A program made the position numbers and the translations under genes. DNA of 46,312 nt from Toensbergia leucococca (taxonomy: Eukaryota): assembly GCA_022813965.1 (NCBI GenBank), contig JALDZS010000183.1, positions 1-46,312 of the forward strand, read 5' to 3'. This document shows, in pieces, positions 23,701 to 36,584 of this stretch. Every line of letters starts with the position of its first letter. The stretch's first letter is position 1. The notes beneath the pieces are model-generated. The model saw nothing but the letters and a program-made list of their open reading frames with translations. It made no database searches and was not told the DNA's origin.

Positions 23701-26700
23701 ATGTAAAGGAACGTTGCATCTATCAAAGACGTCTCTCTAATCCAATTGCAATACAGACAAAGGAAACATAACTCGAGATCTTCCTTACACTGTTCTATCT
23801 CCTATCGTAATGAGGAACATTTTGGAGGCAACAGCAGGAAGTTGCAGAACTCTGGCTATTGCTTCTTCAAGCAAACTGCTCTTGAGCTTAGGCAGGTACG
23901 TGGTGAGACTGCTGTCAAACGCTGGCAGCTGGAGCTTTCGTGAATGCACGACTCGAGATAACTTGGGCGGCTTTCCAAACAGAGTTGACATTGGCAGGTC
24001 GATAGGCCTAGGATTTTCCGTCATTTCTCGGTCTGTCAGTATAAGCCTGTTCTCAACTTTTTCCCCGCCTTCTGCTCTTCCCACAACTGAAAACCGGCAG
24101 CGCTCCCGATCTGCGATAGATTTGAAAATGTTCAGTCCATCCGGGTCGACGCTAATGGAGGTTGTGGAGTTAGTATGTTGGTCAAGGAATGATAAATTGA
24201 GTCACAAGATATGTGCCGGATCTCAGACTCAATTTGGACGGGGTAATAATGTTGGAGCTACTTACGCAAGGACATAACGCTCTTGAGCCTCATTACACCT
24301 AAGATGAGTGGTTACAAGGTTTAGTTTATCGAACATTTGATTTGAGGGCTCACCATATTTGCATAGGGCTCATCCCACGGTCCGCGTTATCAATTTCACG
24401 CAGCTCAAATGTCGCTCCAAGATGTGTGTCATGTACCAATTCCGGCAGAGCATTCGACAGACCTCCAGCTCCTACGTCATGGAGGAATTTAATGGGATTT
24501 GCATTTCCTAGAGCAACGCACGCATTGATCACTTCTTGTGCTCGCCGCTGCACTTCAGGATTTGCCCTGAATTTTGTAATCAGCATGCTCCCTCCAAACA
24601 AGGCTATGAATGACGGTTATTTGGGGCAATCAGAATCTGCTTGCCCACGAAACACCATTTTGCCCCTTCGCCCGCGGCGCTCATCAAAAGGTGGTGGCTC
24701 GCAAACTACCCACCTTTGCACAGAAGCAAAATCCAAGTCGGCAGACTCCTCAGAGCCAGATCTCCCGCTTGACGCGGCACCTCCTCCTAGACCAATGAGC
24801 ATTGCTGGTCCACCCATAACGATGAGATAGGAGCCTGCTCCCACAACATCTGGGTCTTTCAGGGCGTGTTGAGGGCGCACGCTGCCAATCCCACCAGCTA
24901 GCATGATTGGCTGGGAACAACATTAGCATACCTTAATGGGTTCTGATTGCCTGTAGGCTGACTTTATGATAGCCCCGAACCTCCACTTCATGACTGCTTA
25001 GAGGAATTTTGGTGAGTAACGTTCGAAAGTAGCCTGTAAGACATGGCCGTCCAAATTCGTTGTTAAATCTATTGAACGCTTGAATCAGAGGGTGTCCGAA
25101 AGTACGAATTCGAGCTTCGATACAATCACATATTAAATAATCTCAAGGAATATCCTGAACCTCAACGTTTTGCCTATGACTGGGTGATGCTCATGAACGG
25201 GGGGCAGCCTGCGAAGGAGGTACATACGCGGCGCTGCCAATTGGTGCTTCTATCATGATTTCAAGACTGCTAGCAATATGCGACGGCTTCCCATAGTCTA
25301 GCTCCCAGGGTTGTCGGAAGTTTGGTATGAGTAGATCGGAAACCGAAAATCCACAGAGTCCTGCCTTTGGCCGAGATCCAGTTCCTACGGCTCCTGACGG
25401 AAAGTCAGCATCTCCTAATCAACGCAAGACGGCAAGTTGCAAGATACGACTGAAATGTAGGACTATACCCTAGTACGCGAGCATTTGTTGAGAAAGGAAC
25501 AATGGGCAGCACTCCCGAACTACATACCTTCATCCCTGATTTCACCCCCGGATCCGGTAGCTGCGCCTTCAAATGGCGACACCGAGGTTGGATGATCTAT
25601 GGAGATCACAAAATCAGCATATTCTTGAGCCGAAACATGTCTTTACAGTCTAGCGGTCTAGAGACGTGCTTTGGCATGCAACTCTGAAATCGATATGGAA
25701 GGCTAGACCGGGAATACGAACTATGGGTTTCGACCTTGCCGATACAATGTACTGTCTCAGGCATTTGCTTCCATTCGCCAGTACGACGATCTGGAGCTAG
25801 AAAGGTGCCAGTCTGACCTTCGAACACAGCCGCATTGTCGCTGTAGGCACTGATGACGTGTTGCGGATGCTTCTGGTGTGTATATCGAATCATACCGAAG
25901 AGGCTGTGAGGCTTTCGAACCCCATCAATCGTCCAAGAAGCATTGAATTGCTTATGCTTCGAAAGATCAGCATCCAAAAGTCTCTCCAAAACAGGTAGTG
26001 GAGGACAACCCACACGACAATGCTCGGAGTTGATCTGTGCAAACATGAATAGTTCAGCATCCGTGGGAGATCTTGCAATGGGACCATCTAAAGCGTATGC
26101 TTTGACCAAGTATTCAATTTCCGAGTCACTCAGGGCTAGACCAAGCGTCTTATTAACCCGCTGCAGAGCTTGTCGAGGATCAGTGCCTTGGGCATGAATA
26201 TCTATAAGCTGTAGTGGTGCAGGTGTATGTTCTTTGAACATGAGCTCTAGGTTGGGAACAGTTGCACTCAACGTCTGGGTCATCCGATCATGCAGAGAAT
26301 TGTTAGCCAAATTGGTATCATAATCTGTCTCAGAGGTAATCTTATAGATGATGCCTCTTTCGATCCGCTTGACTACGTTCTCAAATCCACAAACATGGGC
26401 AATAGAGGTTGCTTTGCTAGACCAAGGTGATGTTGTTCCCGTCCTCGGGTAAACAAACAAGGTAGTTACATCAGTCTCGTTTCGTGAGGCCACTTGGAAG
26501 ACTTCATCGCCGTAGGCCAATAGCTCTTCCAGGGCCGATCTGTCATAATCCGCTGGCTCTCGCTGGCTTTGATCGCCTTTGAGAGCTACGTAGTGAACGT
26601 ATCTACCCTCAATGCGATTTACGCTAAGCCTTTTGGCCAGTGCCTGGCTACGGAATTCCGACAAGGCAGTTGAGCCCAGAAAGGTGAGACACTGATCCAT
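20752..26700 (-). CDS. ADE6: Phosphoribosylformylglycinamidine synthase (large PurL), 19 exons, 1354 aa
   Basis: Motifs NSEHCRHK, KVETHNHPT, GEIRDEG, HDVGAGG, GVCNGCQ, MMPHPER. Removing 18 GT-AG introns (1884 nt) from the 5949-nt span leaves 4065 nt in frame. Confidence 0.96.
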
Positions 26701-27038
26701 TGAGCTTGAAGGCTGGCTTCAGAGCTTTTCCTCGTCTAAAAGCGGTTCATTGCAAAATCCCGAGAAACAGGTTTCTTTGCCAGTCAACTTATTGAGCTTG
26801 TTCTGTGTAAAGGTTGGTTAGAGGAGAAGAAGAAAGTTAAGCTGGTAGTGCTTGAGCAAATTAGTGAGATTAGAGAATCATGTGAATATCTGAAGGCAAT
26901 TTTTGTCTGATTGAATAGTGACGTTTCTGTTCTTACTTTACGAACAGCCTATATTGCCTCCATCAGGTACGAGGGTAAATAACAGATACCCAGACGTACG
27001 AGTACTCATTGGCAAACTTTGTAGGCAGCATGTGCCAG

Positions 27039-27074
27039 TACGCCAAATACGCCAAATACGCCAAATACGCTAAG
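27039..27074. repeat. Tandem 9-bp repeat (TACGCCAAA)x3 plus a degenerate fourth copy, in divergent promoter
   Basis: gTACGCCAAATACGCCAAATACGCCAAATACGCTAAG read directly. Confidence 0.9.
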
Positions 27075-27412
27075 TTGTAGCCTCGTGCCTGGCTCCCTGG
27101 CCTCTGCCTCTCAACGCGTGCATTGATGGAGGACTAGATCTGACTTACCGCAACGAGGCGAATTTGCATAGAATACGACATCAAGTTATATTCAGGCTTC
27201 CGTATCATCATAAAGTGCTCCGCGTCTTGCCAGCCTTCTCCTTCTCCTTCTCCAGAAATAAATATCAATTCGTCATCATCCATCTCTTTCAACAACAACA
27301 GTCAACGCCTCCCCAAACTCACCATTTCCAATTCCAGTCTCAATCCACATACCAACCTGTAACCAAACTCATTCCCTTCTACAAACTCTTTCACGCATCA
27401 TCAACAACAGAA

Positions 27413-28215
27413 ATGTCGTGTAAACGCAAACGATCCTTCTCCTCTACCCCGTCCTCCCTCTCCGAGTCCTCGCCCTCCCGTTCGCCACACCCCTCGTCCT
27501 GGCCTCAAGAAGACAATGACATCGCCATGACAAACACAACCAGCTATCCTATCCATCAAATAGACAACTGGACCATGACCATCACGCCACTGCCCTACTC
27601 CGACCCCTCCTACGAAACCTCAGACCAGCACCTCCACTCGCGTACGCGCAAACGCTTCCGCGACAACAGACCCTCCGACACCACCATCCACGGTACCCTA
27701 TCTTCTCCTGATTCCCCGCCCCGCTACCTCCTCCGCTCAAGAAAACCCCGTCCCGCTAACCCCGCGCCCCCAAAGAAACCACCTACCAAAAGCTCTTCTC
27801 AGCCCAGCGCTCCCCAACCCCGCAACCCGTCCCCGCCCTTCCTCGCGCCCCAAGCTCCAACCAAAGAGCCTCATCGCCGCAATCCTCCCTCCACAATTTC
27901 TGGTCCCTTCCTCACCGCCCCACGAATGCCTCGCACCAGCAAGCAGACGGCGCGTTCATCGGCGGCACCCAAAATCGGTGCGAGGACTGTGACACGGCGA
28001 TCGGGACGGGGGAGCAAGGCGACGCGTCGATGATGATGGATATCGACATGGGCGGTACGGGAACGGAGTGCATATGTTGGGAGTGCGGGAGGAGGGTTTG
28101 CGATATGTGTGCTGTGGTGGATGTAGGGGAGGGGAGGAGGGAGTGTCTGCAGTGCAAGACCAGTCGGAAGAGGTGGGTGGGAGGAATTGGTTGGATGCAG
28201 TCGAGGCATGTTTGA
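27413..28215 (+). CDS. Conserved fungal hypothetical protein with C-terminal Cys-rich (Zn-finger-like) domain
   Basis: MSCKRKRS (NLS-like), LHSRTRKRFRDNRP. Intron 27693-27775 joins to ETTYQKLFSAQR..QSSLHNFW..CEDC..CWECGRRVCDMC..CLQC..WVGGIGWM. Confidence 0.8.
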
Positions 28216-29311
28216 AAGTTGCAGGACGGATAAGAGACATTGGGAAAGGCGGACTTGGAGATTTTCGGCTTGGAATCATATTCGCGCTTGTTTGCCGTTT
28301 CGACTTTCTCGGCGCTAGGTCACGGACATGATCTTTGGGCTGAGATTCAGCCTCGACCGAGAAAACGCCCTTTGTTCTTTCCAACGGCCGTTGTCCAAAT
28401 TTATGCATTTCCATTGCCCCCCAAGTCCTTGGTTTTCCGCGTCCATTTCGCGCACCTGGCCCATGCCGATCCACAAGAAACAGCCAAAAACTCTATACCA
28501 TTTCCCTAACCTCCCACCACCCTTTCCATCGTCCAAAAGTCCATGCCAAACCCCCTTCCAACAACTCGAAACCCCCTGCCCCCCCGATCTGGAAATCCCC
28601 GTCTCACAGCACTACGAGAAAGATGGCAATATCCTCAACCCGGAAAAAAAAAAAAGGACATCTTCGTCCAAGAGGGGGAGGCAAATCAGCTATTTTTGTG
28701 ATTGTTTTGGGAACTCTTTTTGGGGTATCTTGAGCGAGAGAGACATGATTGAGGGGCGGTTGGGGGGAATGGGGAGCTCAAGGGAGGTTGTGGTTTCTAG
28801 ACTTGGGGGAAGGATATTTCTCTGGATTGCTTTGTTGGGCAGATTGGCTGTGCCGCTAGGAAAGGGGGGGCGGGTTGGCGGTGCGTGTATCTGATTTTGC
28901 TTTTGTTGAAAATTGGAAGATGCTTTGCTTTTTGGGAATATGAGAGGGGCTTTTTTTGGGGGGGTATTACTTGCTTTCTTGCAGATGTGAGAAGCGTTGT
29001 GGGGGGGGTGAAAGTTAGTGATACTGGGACGGACTGGTAGGAGGATATGCTCTTGGACATGAGTGTAGGACAGTGAGCTGAGTGGCAGTTTGTAATTTGA
29101 AGTTCGTTGTGTCAACTTGAGTCCACTGTTGTATATTAAGAGAAATATTTCATCTCCATCTAGGGCTCGATCGACTTTGTTCTTGTATGCACAGGTAGAT
29201 GGCCAGGTCCAAAGATACCTCATACCGATAAACGCCATAATAGGGTATCTAAAAACTGCCTGGCTATAAGCCACCAATTGTCATAGCAAGGAGTCGCAAC
29301 GCCGAGTGCAC

Positions 29312-30568
29312 TCACAGCTCCGTTTTACTGATTACCATTTTAGCCTCCCCTTCCCCTGTACCTCGTTTCTCTTTCGCAGCCAACTTCCCCAAATCGAAAA
29401 ATCCCTCCAGATCCATCCACTCCCCTACGAATGCCGTCATCAGAACGGCCCAATCCGATACCGTGTCCATGTCCAAATGCTCGCCATCATCGTCGATTTC
29501 ATGCCATACTCTCGGAAAGGGTGTGGGGATAATATGTAAGACCTCCACTCCTCGAGCCATGAACGGTACGTGGTCGTCTTGAACCATACCGCCCATCCAT
29601 CTATCTTGATTCTTGTCATAATCGACGAGAAACACGGGTTCTGCTCGCTGGCGTTGCTCATTCTGTGATTTCGCACTAGACTTGCTAGAGACTTTTCGTT
29701 TGGAAGAATGGTTTGGAGAGGAGGTGAATTGGGAAAGCGAGCGGAGGCGGGACTCCAGGGAGGCCATATTACGATAGGCCCAATGGGTTGTCTTGTAATA
29801 GGAAGGCACGTTAGGGTGTGCCGAGCCCAAAAGATCTAGTAATACAAAGAGAGAAATAGAAGAGATGGCAGTGCGGTAGGTTGATAAGGCGGGATGAGGC
29901 GTAGCTTCCATTTCGGCAGCCAGAGATCTGGCCCCGTAGAGCGAATCGTCATTCGTCCAGCTTACGAATGCCTCCTCGCCATCGAGAATCATAATCTGTA
30001 TGCCTTTCCCATCTTCGAAGCCCAGGTAACCTCCACTTCCCAACTCCTCTGCTTGCATGGCTTCCCATTTTTTCGTCAGAGCTGCATCGACGCTACGAGC
30101 TGCGTGCATAAGCATAGCGCAGGGAGCAGCGCTATCGGTTGCCCCGATAAAACCTGAAGGAGTGAGTTTGCTGTCGTAATGGGCTACCAGTGCCAGTCGG
30201 CCCACCTCTCCGGGGCTTGTCCAAGGAGGATCACGCGTGGCTATCATATTGACAAAGGGGATCTCCCGGTCTCCCGTTGCAGGAGTCCTGGAGGTGGAGT
30301 TTTGGAATGAGATAGACCATTTTGGAAGAGTGGTTTTGAAGAAGTCAACGAGGTGGTTCAGGACGTATGTAGAACCCGGGGTACCGGGGACTCGGGGCCT
30401 TAGGATCGGAGAAAGGAGTGCACCGGTCTTGATGTCGAAGTCATCACCCGGGGCAGGAATGGCCTTGAGCGAGTCTTCGGAAAGTAAAGTGTAGGCTCGG
30501 GATTGGCAGACAAGATATAATAAATGAATGATTAGTACCAACGAAGAGAAGGTGAGAAGTCTAGCCAT
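29312..30568 (-). CDS. Glutaminyl-peptide cyclotransferase (M28 family), secretory signal
   Basis: Intronless 418 aa. LVAHYDSK, FIGATDSAAPCAM, LDGEEAF, LLDLLGS, QDDHVPF, FPRVWH motifs. Ends in KTEL. Confidence 0.92.
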   Translation of the reverse strand: MARLLTFSSLVLIIHLLYLVCQSRAYTLLSEDSLKAIPAPGDDFDIKTGALLSPILRPRVPGTPGSTYVLNHLVDFFKTTLPKWSISFQNSTSRTPATGDREIPFVNMIATRDPPWTSPGEVGRLALVAHYDSKLTPSGFIGATDSAAPCAMLMHAARSVDAALTKKWEAMQAEELGSGGYLGFEDGKGIQIMILDGEEAFVSWTNDDSLYGARSLAAEMEATPHPALSTYRTAISSISLFVLLDLLGSAHPNVPSYYKTTHWAYRNMASLESRLRSLSQFTSSPNHSSKRKVSSKSSAKSQNEQRQRAEPVFLVDYDKNQDRWMGGMVQDDHVPFMARGVEVLHIIPTPFPRVWHEIDDDGEHLDMDTVSDWAVLMTAFVGEWMDLEGFFDLGKLAAKEKRGTGEGEAKMVISKTEL

Positions 30569-30933
30569 TGCGATGGATGAAAGATTATCAATTGGAGGCC
30601 CATGTCATCGGCGCGAGACTCTCACCACCAACATGAAGTGGCCAGCAATGTGACGGTGTGAGAGTGTTCAGGAAGAGGACTACTCGGTGTCGGAGTATTC
30701 GTACGGAGTAGCGAATCTCGAATTGATGGAATCTGATCCCTGCTGTCGATCCCTCGCTATATAAATTCTAGTCCTCGGCCGATGTTTGATCCAGGATGCT
30801 TGGCATGAGACATCTTCAACTTCACCCCCTGAATTTTCTTTCTCTTCTATTAATAAAGACGCACCACCTTCCAACATGAGGCTGCAGCTGACATGGACTG
30901 TCTGTGCCTAGTCCTTATTTAGAGCATCTAGTC

Positions 30934-31774
30934 ATGACAGCCTTATTAATTTTGAAATCTACGAGATTACGACCGCTGCATCACTTGACAAGATATACAA
31001 CAAGGCTAGGCAGACAAGCTAGATTCGGACTTGAAAACTTGCCCCAGAGTCATGCTCATCTTCGCAACTTTGCTTCTGCTATTGAAACTCCCACAAAGCT
31101 AGGTAAAAAACCCTCGGAAAGAAATACATGACCCACATCCTCGCTGACAGCCTACAACAGCATATCCAGAAACTCTTCTCATCTATCATTCTGGCACTGG
31201 CCGAGCAGTATTCATAGGATGCTTCAAACTAACAACCATTTTCCTCTTTACCTGGTCATGCTTTCTACTAGCTCCCCCATTTTTTAATGCTTCTGAAGAA
31301 CCCAATTGGGTCGCTGTTGCCGGTAAGTCGAGGACTTCCTTGATATTGCTGGAGATCCCTAAGTTTTGTCCAGCAATTGTTGGAGGAGCATTCCCCATGG
31401 TCTTTGCAGCCTACATCACCGCTCCGTTCGTAAACCACGTCTACATCAAAATACCATTCTACGCCCGCCGTTCTCGCGAGCACCTCATGAAATGGGTTCA
31501 GAACATCCCGCCAACTACCGAGATCGGCCTCACCACCATCAATTTCTACGGCCGTCCGCGAGCGACTCGAATGTTCGTTTCCGATCTCCGACGAACGAAA
31601 GCTAGACTGGGCGTTGCCAATCTCGTTAGAATCCTGACGCCTGCTCAAGCCGCCGCCAGGAGGCCTTGGTGGATGGGCAAGCAACCGAATCTCTTCTATG
31701 TAGCCACTGAACGAGTCAAGAGCCGCCAGACTTCCGTGTGGCAGAAAGTCTTCGACCAAATCAAAGACTCATGA
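30934..31774 (+). CDS. Conserved fungal hypothetical, probably mitochondrial two-TM protein
   Basis: Arg-rich presequence-like start. Introns 31103-31150 and 31323-31373 give YPETLLIYHSGTGRAVFIGCFKLTT..TM..TM..APFVNHVYIKIPFYARRS. Confidence 0.75.
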
Positions 31775-32092
31775 AAAATGGCCATTCGACGTTCCGCGGC
31801 ACCCCTGAAAAGGGATCCCTGGGAATTCCTCCCCCCCCAGGGCAAGAACCTGTTATGATACGGGTTAGACTTGCGTTAGACTTGCGAGGTCGTTCCCCAG
31901 CTGCAGACCGAAAAGGGAAAGAAAAATTGATGTTTCTGGTACCTAGGTGTAAGTACATGTTACATCGATGTCGAGTACCGTGCATCTAGGTTTTGACTAC
32001 CTCAGAATCCGGGTCCGAACACAGCTTCCAGATCCGCATCCCAAAAAGCTCGCCATGCCTTCCTCCCTCCCCAAACAATCCACCCCATCCCG

Positions 32093-32141
32093 CATCTCCA
32101 TCTCCATCACCATCTCCATCACCATCTCCATCACCACCACC
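32093..32141. repeat. Hexamer microsatellite (CATCTC/CATCAC)n
   Basis: catctccatctccatcaccatctccatcaccatctccatcaccaccacc read directly. Confidence 0.85.
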
Positions 32142-32739
32142 TCAACCACCAAACCCATCTCTCCTCTGGAACCAACTTCAAAACACCAACCTCTCCCAAA
32201 AAGACCATATCTGAATCAGACCCGTCCTTTAATTACAAAAGAAAGAGATATGATTTGAGCACCTAAAAGTCTTTCAGATATGCCGACTTCTTTTTTTTCT
32301 CTTCAGCAACATGTCCGCTCCGAAGGGGGGGGATGGATGTTGGTGATTATAGTATTCACGAGAATTGGTACTGGTATCTACAGATGTTACCGAGCGCAAA
32401 AACAGCCCAGCCCTTTTTGTGACACACCACACCGTCAAGAAAAGGTACCTAAAACACCATTGTGTGGAGTTTGCTGTTCCTTGGCGCTTCCTAGAATTTC
32501 GCAAACGATGATAATGATGATAGCTACAACGCTCAAAACTATCCTGCAAATGCGGGCTAGGTATCGTAGACATGAAAAAAAAGGCGACATGACCCCGAAG
32601 TAAAAGGTAAAATAAGAGGCAAGTAGAAAAAAGCAATAGAGCACATAAACCGAAAAAGCCCAATATCTCAGCACATTCCGGCGCAAAACAAGCATAGCTC
32701 TTACTTCCATCTCCCTCCCTCTCCATCAAACCAAATCCA

Positions 32740-35700
32740 TCACAATCCCTCAATCGCCCTCCTCAAAACCTCCAATCCCCTCCTTCCCACGACCTCCTCC
32801 CCTTCCTCCCTCAAAATCCACGCGACATCGCTACCCCACCCCAGCCCCACGATGCCACTTCCCTTCTCCTCTTCCATTCGCTCCCGCATCCGACTCGTAT
32901 GCTCCCACTCCCTCGCCGCCACCTCCGCCCTCTCCACAATCCTCCGAGAAATCCCGCACATGGCCGCGCAATGCATGCCAAAACTGCCCTCTGCCACCCC
33001 GGCTTCGAGTTTGTACAAAAAAGTCACCAGACGCTTTGCCTCGTCCACGCGGATCCGCATGCGCATGTTGCGCACTTCGGGGTGAGCGGCGAATTCCTCG
33101 GCCAGGGAATGGTAGTGCGTGGCGAAGAAGCCGACGCAGCCTGTGTGCGTAGCAATGTGGTGCAGCACAGCCTGAGCGACGGCAAGACCATCGTAGGAGC
33201 TCGTTCCGCGACCGAGTTCGTCAAGGATGACGAGCGAGCGTGGAGTAGCTTCGGCAAGGATTTTTTTGGTTTCTGACAGCTCGACAAAGAAGGTTGATTG
33301 GGCAGCGAAGATGTTATCGTTGGCGCCGAGGCGAGACATGATGCGATCGATTGGGGTAAGACGGGCTGAGTGGGCAGGGACGTGGCAGCCGATTTGGGCC
33401 ATGATTACAGCGATACAGGTCTATGATTTATTCGTTAGCTGTGGGTTAGGAATGGTTATTGGAGGTGTGGGGACTGACCATTCTCAGGATGGTGGATTTG
33501 CCAGCGGCGTTGGCACCGGTCAGGAGGTTGATATTGGGTGCCTCTCCACCTAGCTTGACATCGTTTGGTATAAAATCTGTTACATTGGGCAGCAAGCATG
33601 GATGTCTGAGCTCGTCGAACTCGACCACTGCTTTCTCGTCATCGACGAATTCGGGTCGGCAGCTAGGCTCGCCTAGGGTTGAAGAGGCCTTGGCTAAGCT
33701 GATCAAGCAGTCTAGCTGTGCGATTATTCGTACTGCAGCGAGCCAGATGGTATAGTGCTTGTCGAAGCGCTTGAAGAAGCGTCCTGCTACTTCTTTGACA
33801 ATCTGGCCGTGAGTCTCTTGAGCTTCCTGAAGCTGCCGAACCAGGCTTCGAAGTTCAGGGCTGTAATAACGTTTGACTTTTTGCGTTGCCGACATCTGAT
33901 CCCAATTCTTAGGAACACCCTTGACCTTGATTGGAACCTCGAATTGATAGATTTCTTTGCCATTGTCTCTGAAGACAATTGAAGTTGACCCAAGATCCTT
34001 TCGCGTCTTCTTCAGAAGAGTCTCAAGTTCAGCGAGTGTCTGTTCGATGTGATCTTGACTTGCATCGAAGTCATCTTCAACACCGCGCTTAGGAACAAGC
34101 AGACCATCGTCTTTGGCTTTGGAACGATCGAAAGCCGTTTTCCAGGGGAGGAGAGCGGTATCGAGGTCTGGCATAGCGGAAAGTAATTGCCCAAGTACTC
34201 CCTCGTCGGAACCAACGCCCTTTAGAAGGCTCATGGTATATTCGATCTGCTCAAACCCATCAAGAACCCGCGCAAAATCCTGCGCTTTGCAACTACCTGC
34301 GTGGATCCGAGATATTAGTCTCTCGAGATCGGGTAGTTTTGTGAGCGACGAAGTGAAGAGATCCCGAACCGTGCTATCAGCATTGAGCGAATCGACAGCG
34401 TCAAGACGGGCATTGATCCTGTTAGCGTCCATGAGGGGATGACAGACCCATTGCTTGAACATGCGTTTCCCAAATGGTGTGATACAACGATTGAGAAGCA
34501 TGAACAGTGTACCGTCAACGCCGCCGTCGAAAGAATTTGCGAAAACTTCCATATTGATCAAAGTCTGCCCATCTAGGACAAGACTGGTAGCCTTCTTGAT
34601 AGGATCGTACCATGAGAAATTGCCTAGGGTAAGAAGGTCCCGTTCAATCTTCAGGGTTTTGAGGTATTGTACCAGAGCACCGAAGGAGGACATCAACAAT
34701 TCCTTGCCCTTTGATTCGCGCAAAGCTTTAGGCCATGCTTCGGCGTTGTCACAATCCTCTGATTCAAAATATTTGCTGGCGTCAATTTCGCGGCACGTAA
34801 TGTCTGCTGCCCAAAACTCCTTGCCAGGCTTGAGGTAATTCCAGATAGTTGTTGGACCTGTATTGTTCTTGAGGATCCTGAGCACTTTTACAGAAACACA
34901 AGACTTCTCTAGGAGTAGTTCTTGAGGTCTTGTCTGTGCAATGAAAGTCTCGAATTTTGTCATGTCAACGTCGTCGATAAACTCAGTCAAGAAGAACTGC
35001 CCAGTCGCAGTGTCCACGAAGTTTATTCCGAAGGCTGGTAGCCCGTCCATTTCAGACTCTTTGATAGCCACACAAAACGTTGCCATGTCGTCCTGTAGCA
35101 TACCACCATCGACAAGAGTCCCTGAAGTGAGAACACACGCGAGTTCTCGACGAATGACTTTCTCCTCCTTGGCAGATTTGCCAGGCTTTTGGCCGTCTCG
35201 TTCTCGCATCTCCTTCCCCAAGGCAGACTCTTGCTGGTCGACACGAGCGATTTTGTACCCCTTGGCTACGAATTGGTTTGCCCAGTGGTTCAAGCTCATC
35301 TCGGGTACACCCACCATCCGCATGTTGACACGATCAGTAAGCTTAAGGTCAAATAGTTGGTGGCCGATGGTTGCATCGTTCTCGTACAACTCGTAAAACT
35401 TCCCTTTTTTAAAAAATACAATAGTATCCCAATACTTTTGCTTTATCTCCCAATACTGCTTCTCGAAGGGCGAGAACTTTGTCCAGGCGAGAGGGGGTAT
35501 GTAGACAGTCCTCGGATCGTAATCAGGGTGACCTGGTGGGTTTCTATCCGCGTCCATGATAGTGGCTAGCCAGGGATACCGCTGGTCAGGTTCTGTGGTG
35601 TGAGCTTTCTCTTTATACTTCTTGCCAGACGCATTGGGCTTTTTGGAAGCAATGTTGGCAGCACGAGGCTGCAATGGTTGAGTATTTTCTGGATCAAATG

Positions 35701-36584
35701 ACCATTGTAGGGCTGTAGACACTCTTGGGATATCGATCTCATTCTCGGCATTCTCCTCCGGAAAGGACGACGTCTTGCGTGATGTAGATGTTGAAGGCCG
35801 CTTTCTTTTCTTCGATGAGATGACTTCATCGTCAGAGTCGTCAGGTACTATAAAGTCATCTGGAAATCAGGCAGTACGTGAGCAACTTCTCCGATATATT
35901 AAACGAAATCATGAAAGGCAGCTATACCTTCATCTACAATATCAGCGTCTGCATCAAAATCTTTGGCAAATTCTAGGTCGTCACTAAGTTCACTTGTCTT
36001 TCTTCTTTTCAAGGCCCTTCCCTTGCGGCCGTTCGCCCTTGTAGGCTTGAAAACGTCTTCATCCTCCTCCTCATCGGCAGATTCAACGTACTTCACAATC
36101 TTCTTTGCCTATATGGTAAGGTCAGTTGAGGTTGAAGGTAAGGATCTTTGAGTCGACTCGCCTTGCGTGGTGAGCTCCTGAAATCCAATTGGCCAACGGC
36201 ACAGTGAACGGGTTCCTTAGTGCTGGTAGATTCACTTGCTGGGGTGACAGGCGATGGTAATCCGTGAGGCAGGTTGTCGGCCCTATTTTTCGCTCCAGTC
36301 TCTACTTGCACGTCCATTTCGTCGAAAGCATCACTGCTCGGGGCGGGAGTCAAGCTCTGGCTCGACTCTGTTGTAACTTTCCTGATCAGTAGGCCTTTTC
36401 CAGCACCCGTGGACAGCGAGGTTGAGCCATTGGCGGATTGGCTTTTGGGAGAGTCGACGAGCTTTTTCTGGAAGAATCCAAGTATTGTCTTTTGGTTTTT
36501 ACTTGATTGGGAACTAGAAGTGGATTTCTTCAGAGAAGGTGGATGTGACGCTGGAGACTCAGAAACACTAGATGATGGTGGCAT
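32740..36584 (-). CDS. MSH6: DNA mismatch repair protein Msh6
   Basis: PIP box QKTILGFF, FFKKGKFYELYE, Walker A TGANAAGKST, DELGRGTSSYDG, FATHYH, GSFGMHCA. Three introns. Confidence 0.96.

Noticed and set aside
24630..24695. TGATGA...CTGA (C/D-like) in ADE6 intron 6
   Set aside because: No terminal stem, and I recognise no rRNA-complementary guide; better explained as hairpin sequence.
28328..29277. Overlapping 188-aa (+) and 195-aa (-) ORFs
   Set aside because: Non-ATG starts and low-complexity Pro/Gly/Lys content arising from the C-to-G skew switch between convergent genes.
31863..31886. 11-bp tandem duplication GTTAGACTTGC
   Set aside because: Two copies only, in a 3' intergenic region; likely ordinary slippage.
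32274..32753. Hydrophobic minus ORFs just downstream of MSH6
   Set aside because: T-rich 3'UTR gives spurious Phe/Leu/Val runs; no motif or promoter space.
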